64,000 nucleotides of DNA from an uncultured Gemmatimonadales bacterium (GCA_963850905.1 CAWKMU010000003.1:3168001-3232000); one strand, 5' to 3'. Counted from the first letter of the stretch, positions 9,732-20,694 are shown. The notes: generated by a model not told the origin, from the letters alone. Numbers and translations are program-made.

Positions 9732-11243
9732 TGCCGGGCCGTCGACTGGAACGCGTATCCCCGCGCCGCGCGCGAATCCTCTTGCTGGCGGCTGCGCCCT
9801 TTGGGTCCGCGGCTGGACTGTTCGCTCAGAGCCCGATGCCGTCCGGGGGGTCGCTGGACGCTCAGCAGATCCAGGCCCTCGATGCCTTTGTGACCAACGA
9901 AATGACTCGCCAGAGGATTCCGGGCCTGGCCGTCGGGGTGTACCGCCGCGGACAGATCCTGCTGGCCAAGGGCTACGGTCAAGCCAATGTCGAATTAGGG
10001 GTCCCGGTCAAGCCAGAGACGATCTTTCAGTCTGGTTCCGTGGGGAAGCAGTTCGTCTCCGCCGCGATCATGATGCTCGTTGAAGAAGGCAAGATCTCGC
10101 TTGACGAAAGCGTAACGAAGTATTTCCCCGACGCTCCCGCGAGCTGGAAACCCATCCGCATCAAAAACCTGCTGTCGCATACCTCGGGACTCGCCGAATA
10201 CGAGACTCCCGAGCGCACCGGACCCAAAGGGCCGTTCTACTTGCGGCTCGATTTCACCGAAGACCAGATCGTCAAGAAAATCGAAGCGCTCCCCGTCGAG
10301 TGGGCACCGGGAGATAAATGGGGCTACCGCAATACGAACTACGTTCTCCTCGGCGTCATCATACACACGATCACCGGCGAGCCGTACTACGAGTTTCTGG
10401 GTGAGCGCATTTTCAAGCCGCTCGGCATGGCATCCACACGGCTCATCAGCGACCGCGACGTCATCCCGAATCGGTCGGCCGGATACGAGATCGACAAGGG
10501 CGAGCTGAAAAACCAGGATTGGGTCTCGCCCACGTTCAACTCCACCGCTGACGGCGCCCTGTACTTCAACGTCCTCGACCTGGCCAGATGGGACGGAGCG
10601 CTGTCCGGCACACAACTGCTGAAGCAGTCGAGCCTGGACCGCATTTGGACGGTCTATCCTCTGAATAATGGAAAGCCGAATCCGGCCGGCTACGGGTTTG
10701 CCTGGTTCATCGGCGCGCAGAACGGCCACACACGCATCGAACATAGCGGTGCATGGCAGGGCTTCACGTGCAATATCTCCCGATACCCGGATGACAGCCT
10801 CACGGTCGTCGTGCTCACCAACCTGGACGAGGAACACTCGAATCCGGATCTGATTGCGCATGTCACTGCGGGTCTCATCGACGCCCCACTCCTTCCGGCG
10901 AAACTCACGCCGATCGCCGACACCCAGCCCGCAATTGCGGCTTCCTTGACGAAGCTTCTGGATCAGGTGGTGGCGGGCGTGGACATTCGTCCGCGCACCA
11001 CGGCGGCACTCGCCGCGGCGCTGACACCCGAAGCAAACAAGAGCGCGCAGCAGCGTCTCTCCAAGCTCTGGCCGGGCGGGACGCTGACACTCGTCAAGCG
11101 GACATCAATCGCCAGCGACGCTGGCGAGACGTCGAATGTTTCGCCTGAGCAAGGGCGCTCAAGCTGTCTTGATCTCCTTCGGCCTCGACTCCAGCGGCAA
11201 GGTGTCCACGCTGGGCCTTTCACCTGACCGCGATTACGAATGA
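9728..11243 (+). CDS. Serine hydrolase, beta-lactamase class C/AmpC-like, secreted; probable +1 frameshift near 11134
   Basis: SxxK (SGSVGKQF), YxN (GYRNTNY), HSG motif, LLSHTSGL. As read it ends at 11227, but the +1 frame gives a more protein-like tail (FRLSKGAQAVLISFGLDSSGKVSTLGLSPDRDYE*) ending at 11243. Confidence 0.85.
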
Positions 11244-11406
11244 TCGAGGCTGCGCTCGCGCGGCATAGCCCCCGCGAGCAGCAGCACGGCACCGCCAAAC
11301 AACAGCGTATCCACTCGCTGAGAGGCGCGCCTGAATCGCCACCAGTCCACTTTCTCCCATTTCGAGCGGGCCATTTGTCGCGGACGCGCCGCACCGGCAC
11401 GCCGTG

Positions 11407-11434
11407 TTGACGCGCCACCGCCGCGCGATATAGT
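11407..11434 (+). promoter_or_regulatory. Sigma70-type promoter
   Basis: TTGACG-16 nt-TATAGT. Confidence 0.7.
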
Positions 11435-11440
11435 CAACGC

Positions 11441-11482
11441 ATGCGCATGCTGGCACACCCTTCATCCGTCGGCGCCGCATGA
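11441..11482 (+). CDS. Putative leaderless uORF (MRMLAHPSSVGAA) coupled to the DUF1624 gene
   Basis: ATG 6 nt after TATAGT; stop TGA 11480-11482 overlaps ATG 11479. Confidence 0.5.
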   Translation: MRMLAHPSSVGAA

Positions 11483-12768
11483 CACGCAACAGCGCTGTCG
11501 CCCGAGCATCCGAGCCGGTGCCCGTTAGCCCGGCGGCCATCGAGCGACCGTTGCAGCTCGTTGCAGCCGAGAGCCCAAGCGCGGCGCTGGCGACTCGACG
11601 ACCTCGCGTACAGGCGGTCGACGCGCTGCGCGGGCTGATCATGATCATCATGGCGCTCGACCACGACCGCGATTTCATCCACGCGGGCGCACAGTCGTTC
11701 TCGCCAGAGGATCTCAGCAAGACCAGCGCGATCCTGTTCTTCACCCGCTGGGTCACGCACATCTGTGCGCCGGTGTTCATGTTCACCGCAGGCATCGGGG
11801 CGTACCTGTGGCTCCAGCGAGGCCGCACGAAGCGTCAGCTGGCCACCTATTTGATCAGTCGCGGCATCTGGCTGCTCCTGCTCGAGGTCACCGTCGTACA
11901 CCTCGCGATGACCTTCAACTTCAGCATGGATGTGCTGGTCCTCGAGGTCATCTGGGCGCTCGGCTGGTGCATGATCCTGCTCGCCGGACTCGCCTACCTC
12001 CCGACGGCGGCCCTGGCGGGGCTCAGCATCGCCCTCATCCTGCTGCACAACCTGGCCAATGGCGTCGACCCCTCCTCGTTCGGGCGACTGTCGTGGCTCT
12101 GGATGTGGCTGCATCAACCGGGACCGCTCGTCACCGGTCCGCACACCGTGATCCTGGCGTACCCGATCATTCCGTGGATCGCCGTCATGTCTGCCGGCTT
12201 CTGTTTCGGCCGGGTGCTGCAGCTCGATCAGCCGATGCGGCGGAAGCTGATGATCCGACTGGGCATTGGGCTGTCGCTCGGCTTCGTCGCGATTCGATTG
12301 CTGAACGTCTACGGTGATCCGTTCGCCTGGACCGTGCAGCGGACACGCCTGTTCACAGTGCTGTCGTTCCTCCGGGCAACGAAATATCCGCCCTCGCTCG
12401 CGTTTCTGCTCATGACGATGGGCCCGGCGTTGCTCCTGCTGGCGTGGTTCGACGGTCGACGGTTCACGCGGGGCAGTCCGCTCGTCGTCTTTGGACGGGT
12501 GCCGCTCTTCTTCTTCATCGTGCACTTGTACCTGCTGCACGCCGTGAGCGTGGTGCTGATGTACGCGCGGTATGGTGACGCCTCATTTCTGTTCGCGACG
12601 CTGCCGGCGCTCGGTGGCCCTCGGGCGGATTTCCCGCAAGACCTCGGCGTGTCGCTGCCGATCGTCTACCTTGTCTGGGTGGGCGCACTGCTGCTGCTGT
12701 ATCCGTTGTGCCGGTGGTTTGGATCGCTCAAGCAGCGTCGCGACGATTGGTGGCTCAGCTATCTCTGA
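11479..12768 (+). CDS. DUF1624 / HGSNAT-like multi-pass membrane acyltransferase
   Basis: RVQAVDALRGLIMIIMALDHDRDF, FFTRWVTHICAPVF, KYPPSL, C-terminal WWLSYL. Confidence 0.85.
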   Translation: MTRNSAVARASEPVPVSPAAIERPLQLVAAESPSAALATRRPRVQAVDALRGLIMIIMALDHDRDFIHAGAQSFSPEDLSKTSAILFFTRWVTHICAPVFMFTAGIGAYLWLQRGRTKRQLATYLISRGIWLLLLEVTVVHLAMTFNFSMDVLVLEVIWALGWCMILLAGLAYLPTAALAGLSIALILLHNLANGVDPSSFGRLSWLWMWLHQPGPLVTGPHTVILAYPIIPWIAVMSAGFCFGRVLQLDQPMRRKLMIRLGIGLSLGFVAIRLLNVYGDPFAWTVQRTRLFTVLSFLRATKYPPSLAFLLMTMGPALLLLAWFDGRRFTRGSPLVVFGRVPLFFFIVHLYLLHAVSVVLMYARYGDASFLFATLPALGGPRADFPQDLGVSLPIVYLVWVGALLLLYPLCRWFGSLKQRRDDWWLSYL

Positions 12769-12812
12769 GCACACCCACGGGGCCGACACTCGACGAAAGC
12801 GGGGTGCGTACA

Positions 12813-13325
12813 ATGAAAGTCACCGAGCTCCTCTCTGCCGAACTCGACCGCGAAGGCGTCAGGATCCGCAAGACGCTCGAGCGGGTGCCGGAAGGCAAGA
12901 ACGACTGGAAGCCGCACGAGAAGTCGATGCCACTCGGCTATCTGGCCACGGTCGTCGCCACCATACCTTCGTGGCTCGACCTGGTCGTGAACATGGACGA
13001 ATTGGACATCAATCCACCGGCTGGGCCGCGGTCCAGGCCGCCGGAGTGGAAGTCGCGCAAGGATCTTCTCGCCCAGTTCGACAGCAGTCTCGAAAAGGGA
13101 AAGAAAGTGCTGCGAGAGACGACAGATGAGCGGCTCCTCACGACCAAGTGGCGGATGTTGAACGGCGGCAAGGTCGTGAGTGAACAGACGCGCTACGAAG
13201 CCATCCGCGACGGCGTCTTGAACCACATGGCCCACCACCGCGGACAGCTCACCGTCTACCTGCGGCTCAACGAAGCCAAGGTGCCGGCGATCTACGGTCC
13301 CTCAGCGGATGAAGGTCACGGGTGA
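12813..13325 (+). CDS. DinB family protein
   Basis: Start MKVTELL; WKPHEKSMPLG, NHMAHHRGQLTVYLRL, VPAIYGPSADE. Confidence 0.9.
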   Translation: MKVTELLSAELDREGVRIRKTLERVPEGKNDWKPHEKSMPLGYLATVVATIPSWLDLVVNMDELDINPPAGPRSRPPEWKSRKDLLAQFDSSLEKGKKVLRETTDERLLTTKWRMLNGGKVVSEQTRYEAIRDGVLNHMAHHRGQLTVYLRLNEAKVPAIYGPSADEGHG

Positions 13326-13350
13326 TTGATAGACGTCTAGGGTCGAGCGT

Positions 13351-16047
13351 CTATTCCGTTCGTATTGCCTTTAACGGATCCACGCGCATGGCGCGCGTCG
13401 CAGGGATGAACGCGGCGAGCGCCGCGCTCAAGCCCAACACGACCGTCGCGAGCCCGATCGATGGGGGATCGAAAAGGCCGATATGAAACAGCTCGGCGCG
13501 CGCAAGGCGAGCCGACATCAGGGCCGCCGGTAGTCCGACGGCCATGCCGGCAGTGGTCATCAGCACGGCCTCGCGCACGACCATTCGACCGACGGTTCCG
13601 GGCGCGGCACCCAGTGCCATCCTGAGTCCGAACTCCGCAGTTCGGCGCACCGTCGTATAGGCCATCACACCATACAAACCGAGTGCCGCGAGCACGAGCG
13701 CGAGCAGTCCGAAGAACGACACCATCGTCGCGACGAGTCGGTCGCCACTGATTGAATCGCGGATGAGATCGTTCAACGGGTCCACACTCAGGATCGCGAG
13801 TGACGGGTTGGCGCTTGCCACCGCCTGGCGGAGCGGAACGACGAGCCGCGCGGGATCACCCGATGCCCGGACTTCAAACCGGATATAGCTCTCCGGCGCC
13901 GTGTCCTGGAGGCTCGGGCGGTATAGTCGCCTGACGGGCGGCGAGCGAACGCTTCTCTCCTCGATGTCACCGACGACGCCGATGACCTCCCAGGTCGCGC
14001 TATCGGCGACCACGAGGTGTCCAACAGCTTCTCCGCGTGGGAAAAAGAAGTTGGCGAAGGACGCGTTCACGACCACGACCTTGGGACTCGTCTCGTTGTC
14101 ACGCGCCTCGAAGTCCCGTCCGCGAAGGAGGTGCGCTCCGACTGCATGAAAGTACGCCGGGCCGACGGCATCTTCGGTGACGAGTGAGTCAGTGTCCGCC
14201 CGAGCGGTAAACCCTTCGACCTGCACAGTGGTCATCGACTCCGTGCCGCTGAAGATCCCATTGGCCGACGCACTCACGGCGTCCACTCCTGGCACGCGTT
14301 GGATACGCGCAATGATGTCGCGTTCGAGTGCGATGAGACGCGCGCCGGAAAAACCGGTACGCTGCGCGTCGACGTCCACAATCGCGAGCTTGTCCCGCGC
14401 AACGCCCACATCAGCGCGGGTCAGGCGAAGCGTGCTTCGACCCAACATGCCCGCACCCACGACGAGTAGCATGGACAGGGCGACCTGTGCGACGACGAGA
14501 TAGCGGCCCAACGAAAGCGATCGCGGCCCGCCACCTCGCCCCTGTCTCAGGGCAGTAGCGACCGGGAAATGGGTGGCCCGGTACGCAGGCAGGACGCCGA
14601 ATAGCACGGCCGTGGCACAGGAAAGCCCCACGGCAAAGCCCAGGATCCGGCCATCCAGATGCAGAGCGAGGCTGACGCCGCCGACGAGATGCAGCAAGAC
14701 CTTGCTGGCGAAGTATGCCGCGATGAGGCCGAAGGTGGTGCCGAGCATCGCGAGCACTATGCTTTCGGTGAGGAACTGCTGGATGAGACGCAGTCGCCCG
14801 GCACCAATGGCGATCCGGACGCCGATCTCTCTGGAGCGCGCGACGGCGCGCGAGAGGAGGAGATTCGCGACGTTGGCGCAGACGACGAGCAGCACGAGCG
14901 CCACCGCAACCATGAGCGTCACGAGCTTGCTCGCGTATTGAGAACGGTAATACGAAAAGCCCAATGCGCCCGAGGTGACCTCCACCGGCTTCTCATGCAG
15001 CGCGCGCTCGACGGAGCCATGGTCAGCGGCGGTGGTATGTGCCAGCAACGACCGCGTCGCGATGGTCGTCAACTCGGCCCGCGCGTTGGCGAGTGTTACG
15101 CCGGGCGCAAGACGGCCCATCAACAGCAGCCAGGCCACGCCGCGGTCCGTCAGCCACGTGGTCTGCGGCATGAGCACGGGCTGCATCATGATCGGGATCC
15201 AGAGGTCAGTCGCTTGGCCGACCACGTCGCCCGTGAAGTCCGGAGTGGCGACGCCGATGATCGTCAGGGGAACCCCGTTGATCGAGATGGTGCGTCCGAT
15301 CGCCGCGCGATCGCCGGCGAACGTGCGCTGCCAGTACCCGTAACTGAGGACGACAACTGGATCGCTGCCGGGAGACCGATCTTCGTCGACTGCAAACGTG
15401 CGCCCCGCGACTGCGCGTACGCCGAGTACGGTGAAGAAGTTGGCGGACACGTATCGGCCGTGTGGGTGGGTCGCTTCGTCGCCGCGCTGAACGACCACAT
15501 CGAGCCGGTTCGTTCGACCATTCGCGTAGAGGCCTGAGAGCGCGTGCGACTGATCGCGGAGGTCGACGTACAACGGATACGATGCGATCCGGGTCTGGGC
15601 CGGGCCGACGGAGAGGCCACCCGTTCGGCTGGGGTCACCGAAGGCGACCAGCTGCTCGGGATGCGCCACTGGCAACGGTCGAAGCATCAGCGCATCGATC
15701 AGTGTGAAGATCGCGGTATTGGCGCCGATCCCGACGGTCAATATCAGGAGGACGATGAAGGCGAAACCCGGTTGACGCCGCAGCGTGCGCAGCGCGTAGA
15801 TCGCATCCTGTCGCAGATTGCCGAGGAACCCCGCCCAGCGCTGTGCGCGGTCGCGGTCCCGGTCGATGGCCAGACATTCCGAGCGCACGCTCGAGAGGTC
15901 ACCGAATCGCTGGAGTGCCTGTGCGCGAGCAAGGTTCGGATCCTGGCCTGCGGAGACCAACGCGCGCTCACGTTCCGCCAGGTGGAACGCGATCTCGTCA
16001 TCGAGGTCGTGCGTAGGCTGCCCGAGGCGGAAAGGACGGCGAGTCAC
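13351..16047 (-). CDS. ADOP-type duplicated ABC permease (MacB_PCD/FtsX x2)
   Basis: LDDEIAFHL, QDAIYALRTLRRQPGF, GIGANTAIF, CANVANLLL, REIGVRIAIGA, RAMRVDPLKAIR. Confidence 0.92.
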   Translation of the reverse strand: MTRRPFRLGQPTHDLDDEIAFHLAERERALVSAGQDPNLARAQALQRFGDLSSVRSECLAIDRDRDRAQRWAGFLGNLRQDAIYALRTLRRQPGFAFIVLLILTVGIGANTAIFTLIDALMLRPLPVAHPEQLVAFGDPSRTGGLSVGPAQTRIASYPLYVDLRDQSHALSGLYANGRTNRLDVVVQRGDEATHPHGRYVSANFFTVLGVRAVAGRTFAVDEDRSPGSDPVVVLSYGYWQRTFAGDRAAIGRTISINGVPLTIIGVATPDFTGDVVGQATDLWIPIMMQPVLMPQTTWLTDRGVAWLLLMGRLAPGVTLANARAELTTIATRSLLAHTTAADHGSVERALHEKPVEVTSGALGFSYYRSQYASKLVTLMVAVALVLLVVCANVANLLLSRAVARSREIGVRIAIGAGRLRLIQQFLTESIVLAMLGTTFGLIAAYFASKVLLHLVGGVSLALHLDGRILGFAVGLSCATAVLFGVLPAYRATHFPVATALRQGRGGGPRSLSLGRYLVVAQVALSMLLVVGAGMLGRSTLRLTRADVGVARDKLAIVDVDAQRTGFSGARLIALERDIIARIQRVPGVDAVSASANGIFSGTESMTTVQVEGFTARADTDSLVTEDAVGPAYFHAVGAHLLRGRDFEARDNETSPKVVVVNASFANFFFPRGEAVGHLVVADSATWEVIGVVGDIEERSVRSPPVRRLYRPSLQDTAPESYIRFEVRASGDPARLVVPLRQAVASANPSLAILSVDPLNDLIRDSISGDRLVATMVSFFGLLALVLAALGLYGVMAYTTVRRTAEFGLRMALGAAPGTVGRMVVREAVLMTTAGMAVGLPAALMSARLARAELFHIGLFDPPSIGLATVVLGLSAALAAFIPATRAMRVDPLKAIRTE

Positions 16048-16049
16048 GT

Positions 16050-16397
16050 TTAGACGGGTAGCGGGGCGGTTGCCCGTAACGCGCGGCCGGTCGCTTCAAC
16101 GAAGCGCTGCCACGATGACGTCCCGGACGTGAGGCGCTGACGCCCAGCGGAGCTCAGCCGATAGAACTTCGCGTGCCGATTCGAGTCGGAGAGGCCCCAC
16201 TCGGCTGCGATCAGCCGCTGTCCCTCCAGGCGGTGCAGGGCAGGGTACAGCGTGCCCTCGCCGATCAAGAGTGTCTCCCCGGTAGCGCGCTCGATCCATT
16301 CGGCCACGCTGTAGCCGTGTCGCGGCCCCCAGGAGAGCGCCTTGAGAATAAGCAAGTCCAGCGTCCCGCGCGTGAGATTGACCGTGAGTTCATCCAT
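16050..16397 (-). CDS. PadR-family transcriptional regulator (ADOP-associated type)
   Basis: GTLDLLILKAL, HGYSVA, EGTLYPALHRLE, AEWGLSDSNRHAKFY; start MDELT 5 nt after TAGCAT. Confidence 0.9.
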   Translation of the reverse strand: MDELTVNLTRGTLDLLILKALSWGPRHGYSVAEWIERATGETLLIGEGTLYPALHRLEGQRLIAAEWGLSDSNRHAKFYRLSSAGRQRLTSGTSSWQRFVEATGRALRATAPLPV

Positions 16398-16584
16398 GCC
16401 GCATGCTATGACCCGTACCCATCGCCACGCAAGGGGTGTCGGGTGTGAGATTCGTGCTAGCTTGGCTCGGCTCAATCCGATCGGTGGGCATTGGTAGGGT
16501 CGGCATTGGCGCCTCTCGCGCTTGCGAGCATGGCCCGCCACGCGTCTCCTCTCTACCTTCTGTAAGTGTCCCGTATCGTTCTCG

Positions 16585-16658
16585 GCGCCCGTAGCTCAGG
16601 TGGATAGAGCAGCAGCCTTCTAAGCTGTTGGTCGGAGGTTCGAGTCCTCCCGGGCGCG
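16585..16658 (+). tRNA. tRNA-Arg (anticodon TCT), CCA not encoded
   Basis: GCGCCCG/CGGGCGC acceptor; GCAGC-CTTCTAA-GCTGT; GGTTCGAGTCC. Confidence 0.95.
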
Positions 16659-16749
16659 CTACAGCGGCTGACGCCGCCGACACAAAGCACGAGCCACCGC
16701 CCACAAGGGGTTGTGCTTTGTGGCTTGAGGATGGAGGCCGTCAGCGGTC

Positions 16750-17598
16750 ATGAGAACTGTGATCGGGTTGGTGGGATTGTATCTCGCGATCCTGCTCGCC
16801 ACCTACGCACTGACCAACAAGCTGATTCTTCCCGGGCGTCGCGGCGATCCGCCGACGACGCCAGCCGCAGCGGGGCTCGCGTTCGAGGATCTCAGGATCC
16901 CGGTCGATGGCGCCATGTACATGCACGCCTGGTGGGTGCCTGCCGCGCAGCCCTCGCGTAGGGTGATTCTCTTCTTCCACGGGAACTACGAGTCGCTGGA
17001 AACCGAGGCGACGGCCGAGGTCCCGCTCTTGCACGCGACCAACGCCAACGTGCTGGTGGTGGACTATCGGGGTTACGGTTCCAGCAGCCCGCTCCAGGCG
17101 AGCGGCCCGACGACCGAGGCGGACGCCCGGGCCGCGCTTCGTTACCTGACCGAGCAGCGACACGTGGCACTGTCGGACATCGTGCTCGCGGGTCGATCAA
17201 TCGGGGCTGGAGTGGCGACGCAACTCGCGGTCGAGTCTCCGGGGATCGCCAGTCTCATTCTCATGACGCCAGTCACTAGCATCGCCAATGTCGCGAACCA
17301 GGCATGGATATTCCGCTACCTCCTGCGGCCTGTCGAGTGGTTTACACGGGCGAGCAACTTCGACACCGAAGCCAGGATCACCGCGGTGCACGCCCCGCTC
17401 TTGATCGTGGCCGGTACACGCGATGCGCTGGCCCGGCCGTGGATGGCCGAGCGGATCCACAGGCGGGCCAACGCGCCCAAGTCGCTGCACATGGTCGAGG
17501 GTGCGGACCATAACGACATCGTGGAACGCATGGACACCGGTGTGCGGCGCGCGCTTCGTACGTTCGTGACGCGTGACTCCGTCGCCTCTGGGGCGTAG
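16750..17598 (+). CDS. Alpha/beta hydrolase (ABHD17/Bem46-like) with N-terminal anchor
   Basis: FFHGN, VDYRGYGSS, nucleophile elbow GRSIG, GTRD, GADHND. Confidence 0.88.
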   Translation: MRTVIGLVGLYLAILLATYALTNKLILPGRRGDPPTTPAAAGLAFEDLRIPVDGAMYMHAWWVPAAQPSRRVILFFHGNYESLETEATAEVPLLHATNANVLVVDYRGYGSSSPLQASGPTTEADARAALRYLTEQRHVALSDIVLAGRSIGAGVATQLAVESPGIASLILMTPVTSIANVANQAWIFRYLLRPVEWFTRASNFDTEARITAVHAPLLIVAGTRDALARPWMAERIHRRANAPKSLHMVEGADHNDIVERMDTGVRRALRTFVTRDSVASGA

Positions 17599-17664
17599 AA
17601 CCGCGGCACGGTGCGGCCTTTGCGTCGAAGGGTTGCACCACCCAACGAGCGCGGGGAGACGGCC

Positions 17665-17898
17665 ATGCGCCAAGTCTATCTGATCATCATCGTTCTGTTG
17701 GCAGTTGCCACCTTCACCTTCAGCGCGCAAAACCTCGAGATCGTCACGCTGTCATTCCTGGGGTTCGGTATCCGCGCACCGCTCGCCGTGATTACTGCGA
17801 TTATCTACGTCTTGGGTGCAGTGACTGGCGCCGGCCTGCTGGCGTTCGTGCGCAAGTCGGTCGAGGCCTCGAAGGGAACTGCCGCGCAGGTGCCGTAG
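17665..17898 (+). CDS. LapA/DUF1049-like small membrane protein
   Basis: GGGGAG SD; two TM helices; FSAQNLEIVTLSFLG motif. Confidence 0.7.
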   Translation: MRQVYLIIIVLLAVATFTFSAQNLEIVTLSFLGFGIRAPLAVITAIIYVLGAVTGAGLLAFVRKSVEASKGTAAQVP

Positions 17899-18223
17899 CC
17901 AAGAATTCGGCTGGGGCCGTCGGGGGCGCGCTGCGGGCGAGACGGGGACCCCCCAAGGTCCAATTGGGAATCCCGCGAGGTACGCACAATCTTCTACACT
18001 CCACGCGCATGCCCTCACACCGGCACGCGGTGACGACATGACCGTGGTGGTGGAGTGCGAGCGTCGTCCTGTGATGATACTCGCGTCTGCCCCAGCGGCG
18101 TCGGCACCTGCGCGGCGGCCGTCGGCCGCTCGCGCACGAAGCGCAACTGATTCGAACAAGTGCCTCTTCGGCCAGCGCCGGCACCCGTAACGCGAGGACC
18201 CACTCAACGGAGGGGACGGCAAT

Positions 18224-19765
18224 ATGGCTGCACCGCAAACGAAGAAGCCCAACATCGTCGCGATCATGGCTGACGACATCGGCATCTGGAACATCGGGGC
18301 CTATCACCGGGGAATGATGGCCGGCCGGACGCCGAACCTCGACAAGCTCGCTAGCGAGGGCATGCTATTCACCGATTACTACGGGGAGGCGAGCTGCACC
18401 GCGGGGCGTGCCGCGTTCATCACCGGCCAGCTACCCATACGGACGGGTCTGACCACCGTCGGTCAAGCTGGCGCGGATGTCGGGATGCCGGCGGCAGCGC
18501 CTACGATTGCCACCGTCCTCAAGGACATGGGCTACGCGACCGGGCAGTTCGGGAAGAACCACTTGGGCGATTTGAACAAGTACCTTCCGACGCTCCACGG
18601 ATTCGATGAGTTCTTCGGCTATCTCTACCACCTCGACGCCATGGAGGACCCGTCGCACCCGGAATACCCGAAGGAGTTGTTGAACACGGTCGGCCCACGG
18701 AACATGGTCCATTCGTGGGCAACCGATAAGGACGATGCGACCGTGACGCCGCGGTGGGGCGCGATCGGGAAGCAGAAGGTCGAGGACGCCGGCACGCTTT
18801 ATCCCGAGCGGATGGAGACAGTGGACGAGGAGATTCTCGCCGCCACCATCAAGTTCGTCGACAAGGCCAAGGCGGACGGCACGCCGTTCTTCGTCTGGTA
18901 CAACCCGACCCGCATGCACGTCATCACGCATTTATCGCCGAAGTACCAGGCGCTCCGCAACTCGAAGAACGGCTGGTCCATTCACGAAGCCGGGATGGCG
19001 CAGCTCGACGACTGCGTCGGCTCGCTCATGCAGCACCTGAAAACCACTGGGCTGGACGAGAACACCATCGTCATGTTCACCACCGACAACGGCACCGAGA
19101 CCTTCACCTGGCCGGATGGCGGACAGACGCCATTCTACGGCAGCAAAGGGACCGGCTATGAAGGCGGGTTCCGTTGTCCCGCGATGATTCGCTGGCCCGG
19201 TAAAGTTCCCGCCGGCAAGGTGGAGAATGGCATCATTTCCGGCCAGGACTGGTTGCCGACGTTCGTGGCAGCCGCTGGGAACCCGAACATCGTCGAGGAG
19301 CTCAAGCAGGGCAAGCAACTCGGCGGAAAGACGTACAAGGTGCACTTGGATGGCTACAACCAATTGGACCTGATCACCGGCAAGGGGCCGTCCGCTCGCC
19401 ACGAGGTCTTCTACTTCTCGGAAGCCAACCTGGCGGCGGTGCGCATTGACGACTACAAGTATCGCTTCATCGATCAGCCGGGTGGCTGGCTTGGTGACAA
19501 GAATCACCCGGACGTGCCCATCATCGCGAACCTTCGTCTAGATCCGTTCGAGAAGGCCGGGATGCCAGGGCCAAACGGAAACGTCGGGTCTCTCATGTAC
19601 ATGAACTGGTTCATGTACGAGTTCTGGCGATTCGTCTTCGTGCAGCGCGAAGTGACCAGGCTGGCCATGACGGCTCTCGAGTTCCCGCCGATGCAGAAGG
19701 CGGCGAGCTTCAACCTCGATGCCGTGAAAGAGAAGATCGAGGCAGCCATGGCACACCAACACTAG
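18224..19765 (+). CDS. Arylsulfatase (Cys-type, CxAxR motif), no signal peptide
   Basis: KKPNIVAIMADD, SCTAGRAAFITG, GQFGKNHLGD, FTTDNG, HLDGYN. Confidence 0.92.
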   Translation: MAAPQTKKPNIVAIMADDIGIWNIGAYHRGMMAGRTPNLDKLASEGMLFTDYYGEASCTAGRAAFITGQLPIRTGLTTVGQAGADVGMPAAAPTIATVLKDMGYATGQFGKNHLGDLNKYLPTLHGFDEFFGYLYHLDAMEDPSHPEYPKELLNTVGPRNMVHSWATDKDDATVTPRWGAIGKQKVEDAGTLYPERMETVDEEILAATIKFVDKAKADGTPFFVWYNPTRMHVITHLSPKYQALRNSKNGWSIHEAGMAQLDDCVGSLMQHLKTTGLDENTIVMFTTDNGTETFTWPDGGQTPFYGSKGTGYEGGFRCPAMIRWPGKVPAGKVENGIISGQDWLPTFVAAAGNPNIVEELKQGKQLGGKTYKVHLDGYNQLDLITGKGPSARHEVFYFSEANLAAVRIDDYKYRFIDQPGGWLGDKNHPDVPIIANLRLDPFEKAGMPGPNGNVGSLMYMNWFMYEFWRFVFVQREVTRLAMTALEFPPMQKAASFNLDAVKEKIEAAMAHQH

Positions 19766-19789
19766 CCGGACCCTCGTCATTCGATGGGA

Positions 19790-19828
19790 CGTTGCGGCGG
19801 GACTTCTGGTTGAAGTCCCGCCGCAACG
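19790..19828 (+). terminator. Perfect 17-bp hairpin after the sulfatase
   Basis: CGTTGCGGCGGGACTTC-tggtt-GAAGTCCCGCCGCAACG. Confidence 0.7.
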
Positions 19829-19992
19829 CGTTTAGGGGGGCCGTGTCCGAATCGATGCAGTGTCCTTCTCCGCCTCACGACTGCCGAGTGACCGGGGTCG
19901 CCTTGCGGGTGACCAAAGCGTTCGGATCTGGACTAAGCGCCTCCGTATGACCCGTTGCTCGCGCGTCGCGCGCGGCCGGGTCGAGGGCCATG

Positions 19993-20021
19993 TTACGCCG
20001 AGGACGCGCGCGCGCTATACT
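19993..20021 (+). promoter_or_regulatory. Sigma70-type promoter
   Basis: TTACGC-17 nt-TATACT. Confidence 0.5.
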
Positions 20022-20274
20022 GCCCGCGGGGCTTTGAGTTGCTCGAGCCTGGTAGGTGGAGTCCGTCTTGAGGGCGGCCGGCGGAATGGCGCGCATTGCG
20101 GCGCAATGAAGCCGAGCGGTCGATGCAGGCGGTCGTGCCGCTGTGCCCGGAGTGCGAGCTGTGGGGTGGGAATAGCTCGACCGGTCACCTGAACAAGCGT
20201 CCGTATCTCGGTCGTCGGCCCGGCAAGTGTGCCGGTCGACGATCTCGTTTCACACATCTCGGTGGGATCGACCG

Positions 20275-20694
20275 ATGCAGCTGGATGACAACAGTCCGAT
20301 CATGCGCGCGATGCACCATTGTGCGGACCTGCTCTTTGCCACGCCGAGGCGTTCAGCGAGCGCCGAGGATCTGGTAGCGCTTGCGTTCGAGCGCTACCCC
20401 GAGCGCTGTGCCATCATCTCGATAGACGAGCTGCTTCGGGCGGCGACCCAGGCGCTCGATGCACTCGCTGACCCGGCAGCGTGGATCGCGAACCAGGCAG
20501 CGGTAAGGGAGATGCTCGAGCGGCTCAAACCGTATGCGCACGGGCACCCGCAGTTAACGATCGGCGAGCTCGTTGAGTTGTTGAGGCGCGACGACGCGGA
20601 GGCGGCGGCGGCCATCGACCGGCTGCACGCGCAGTTGCCGATCATTGGGCCAATGCCGTGGGGCGGTGCGATTGCGCCGGACGGTTTGCGGTAG
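20275..20694 (+). CDS. Hypothetical helical protein
   Basis: 139-aa ORF (MQLDDNSPIMRAM...) with amphipathic helical composition; its stop TAG is part of a REP. Confidence 0.55.
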   Translation: MQLDDNSPIMRAMHHCADLLFATPRRSASAEDLVALAFERYPERCAIISIDELLRAATQALDALADPAAWIANQAAVREMLERLKPYAHGHPQLTIGELVELLRRDDAEAAAAIDRLHAQLPIIGPMPWGGAIAPDGLR

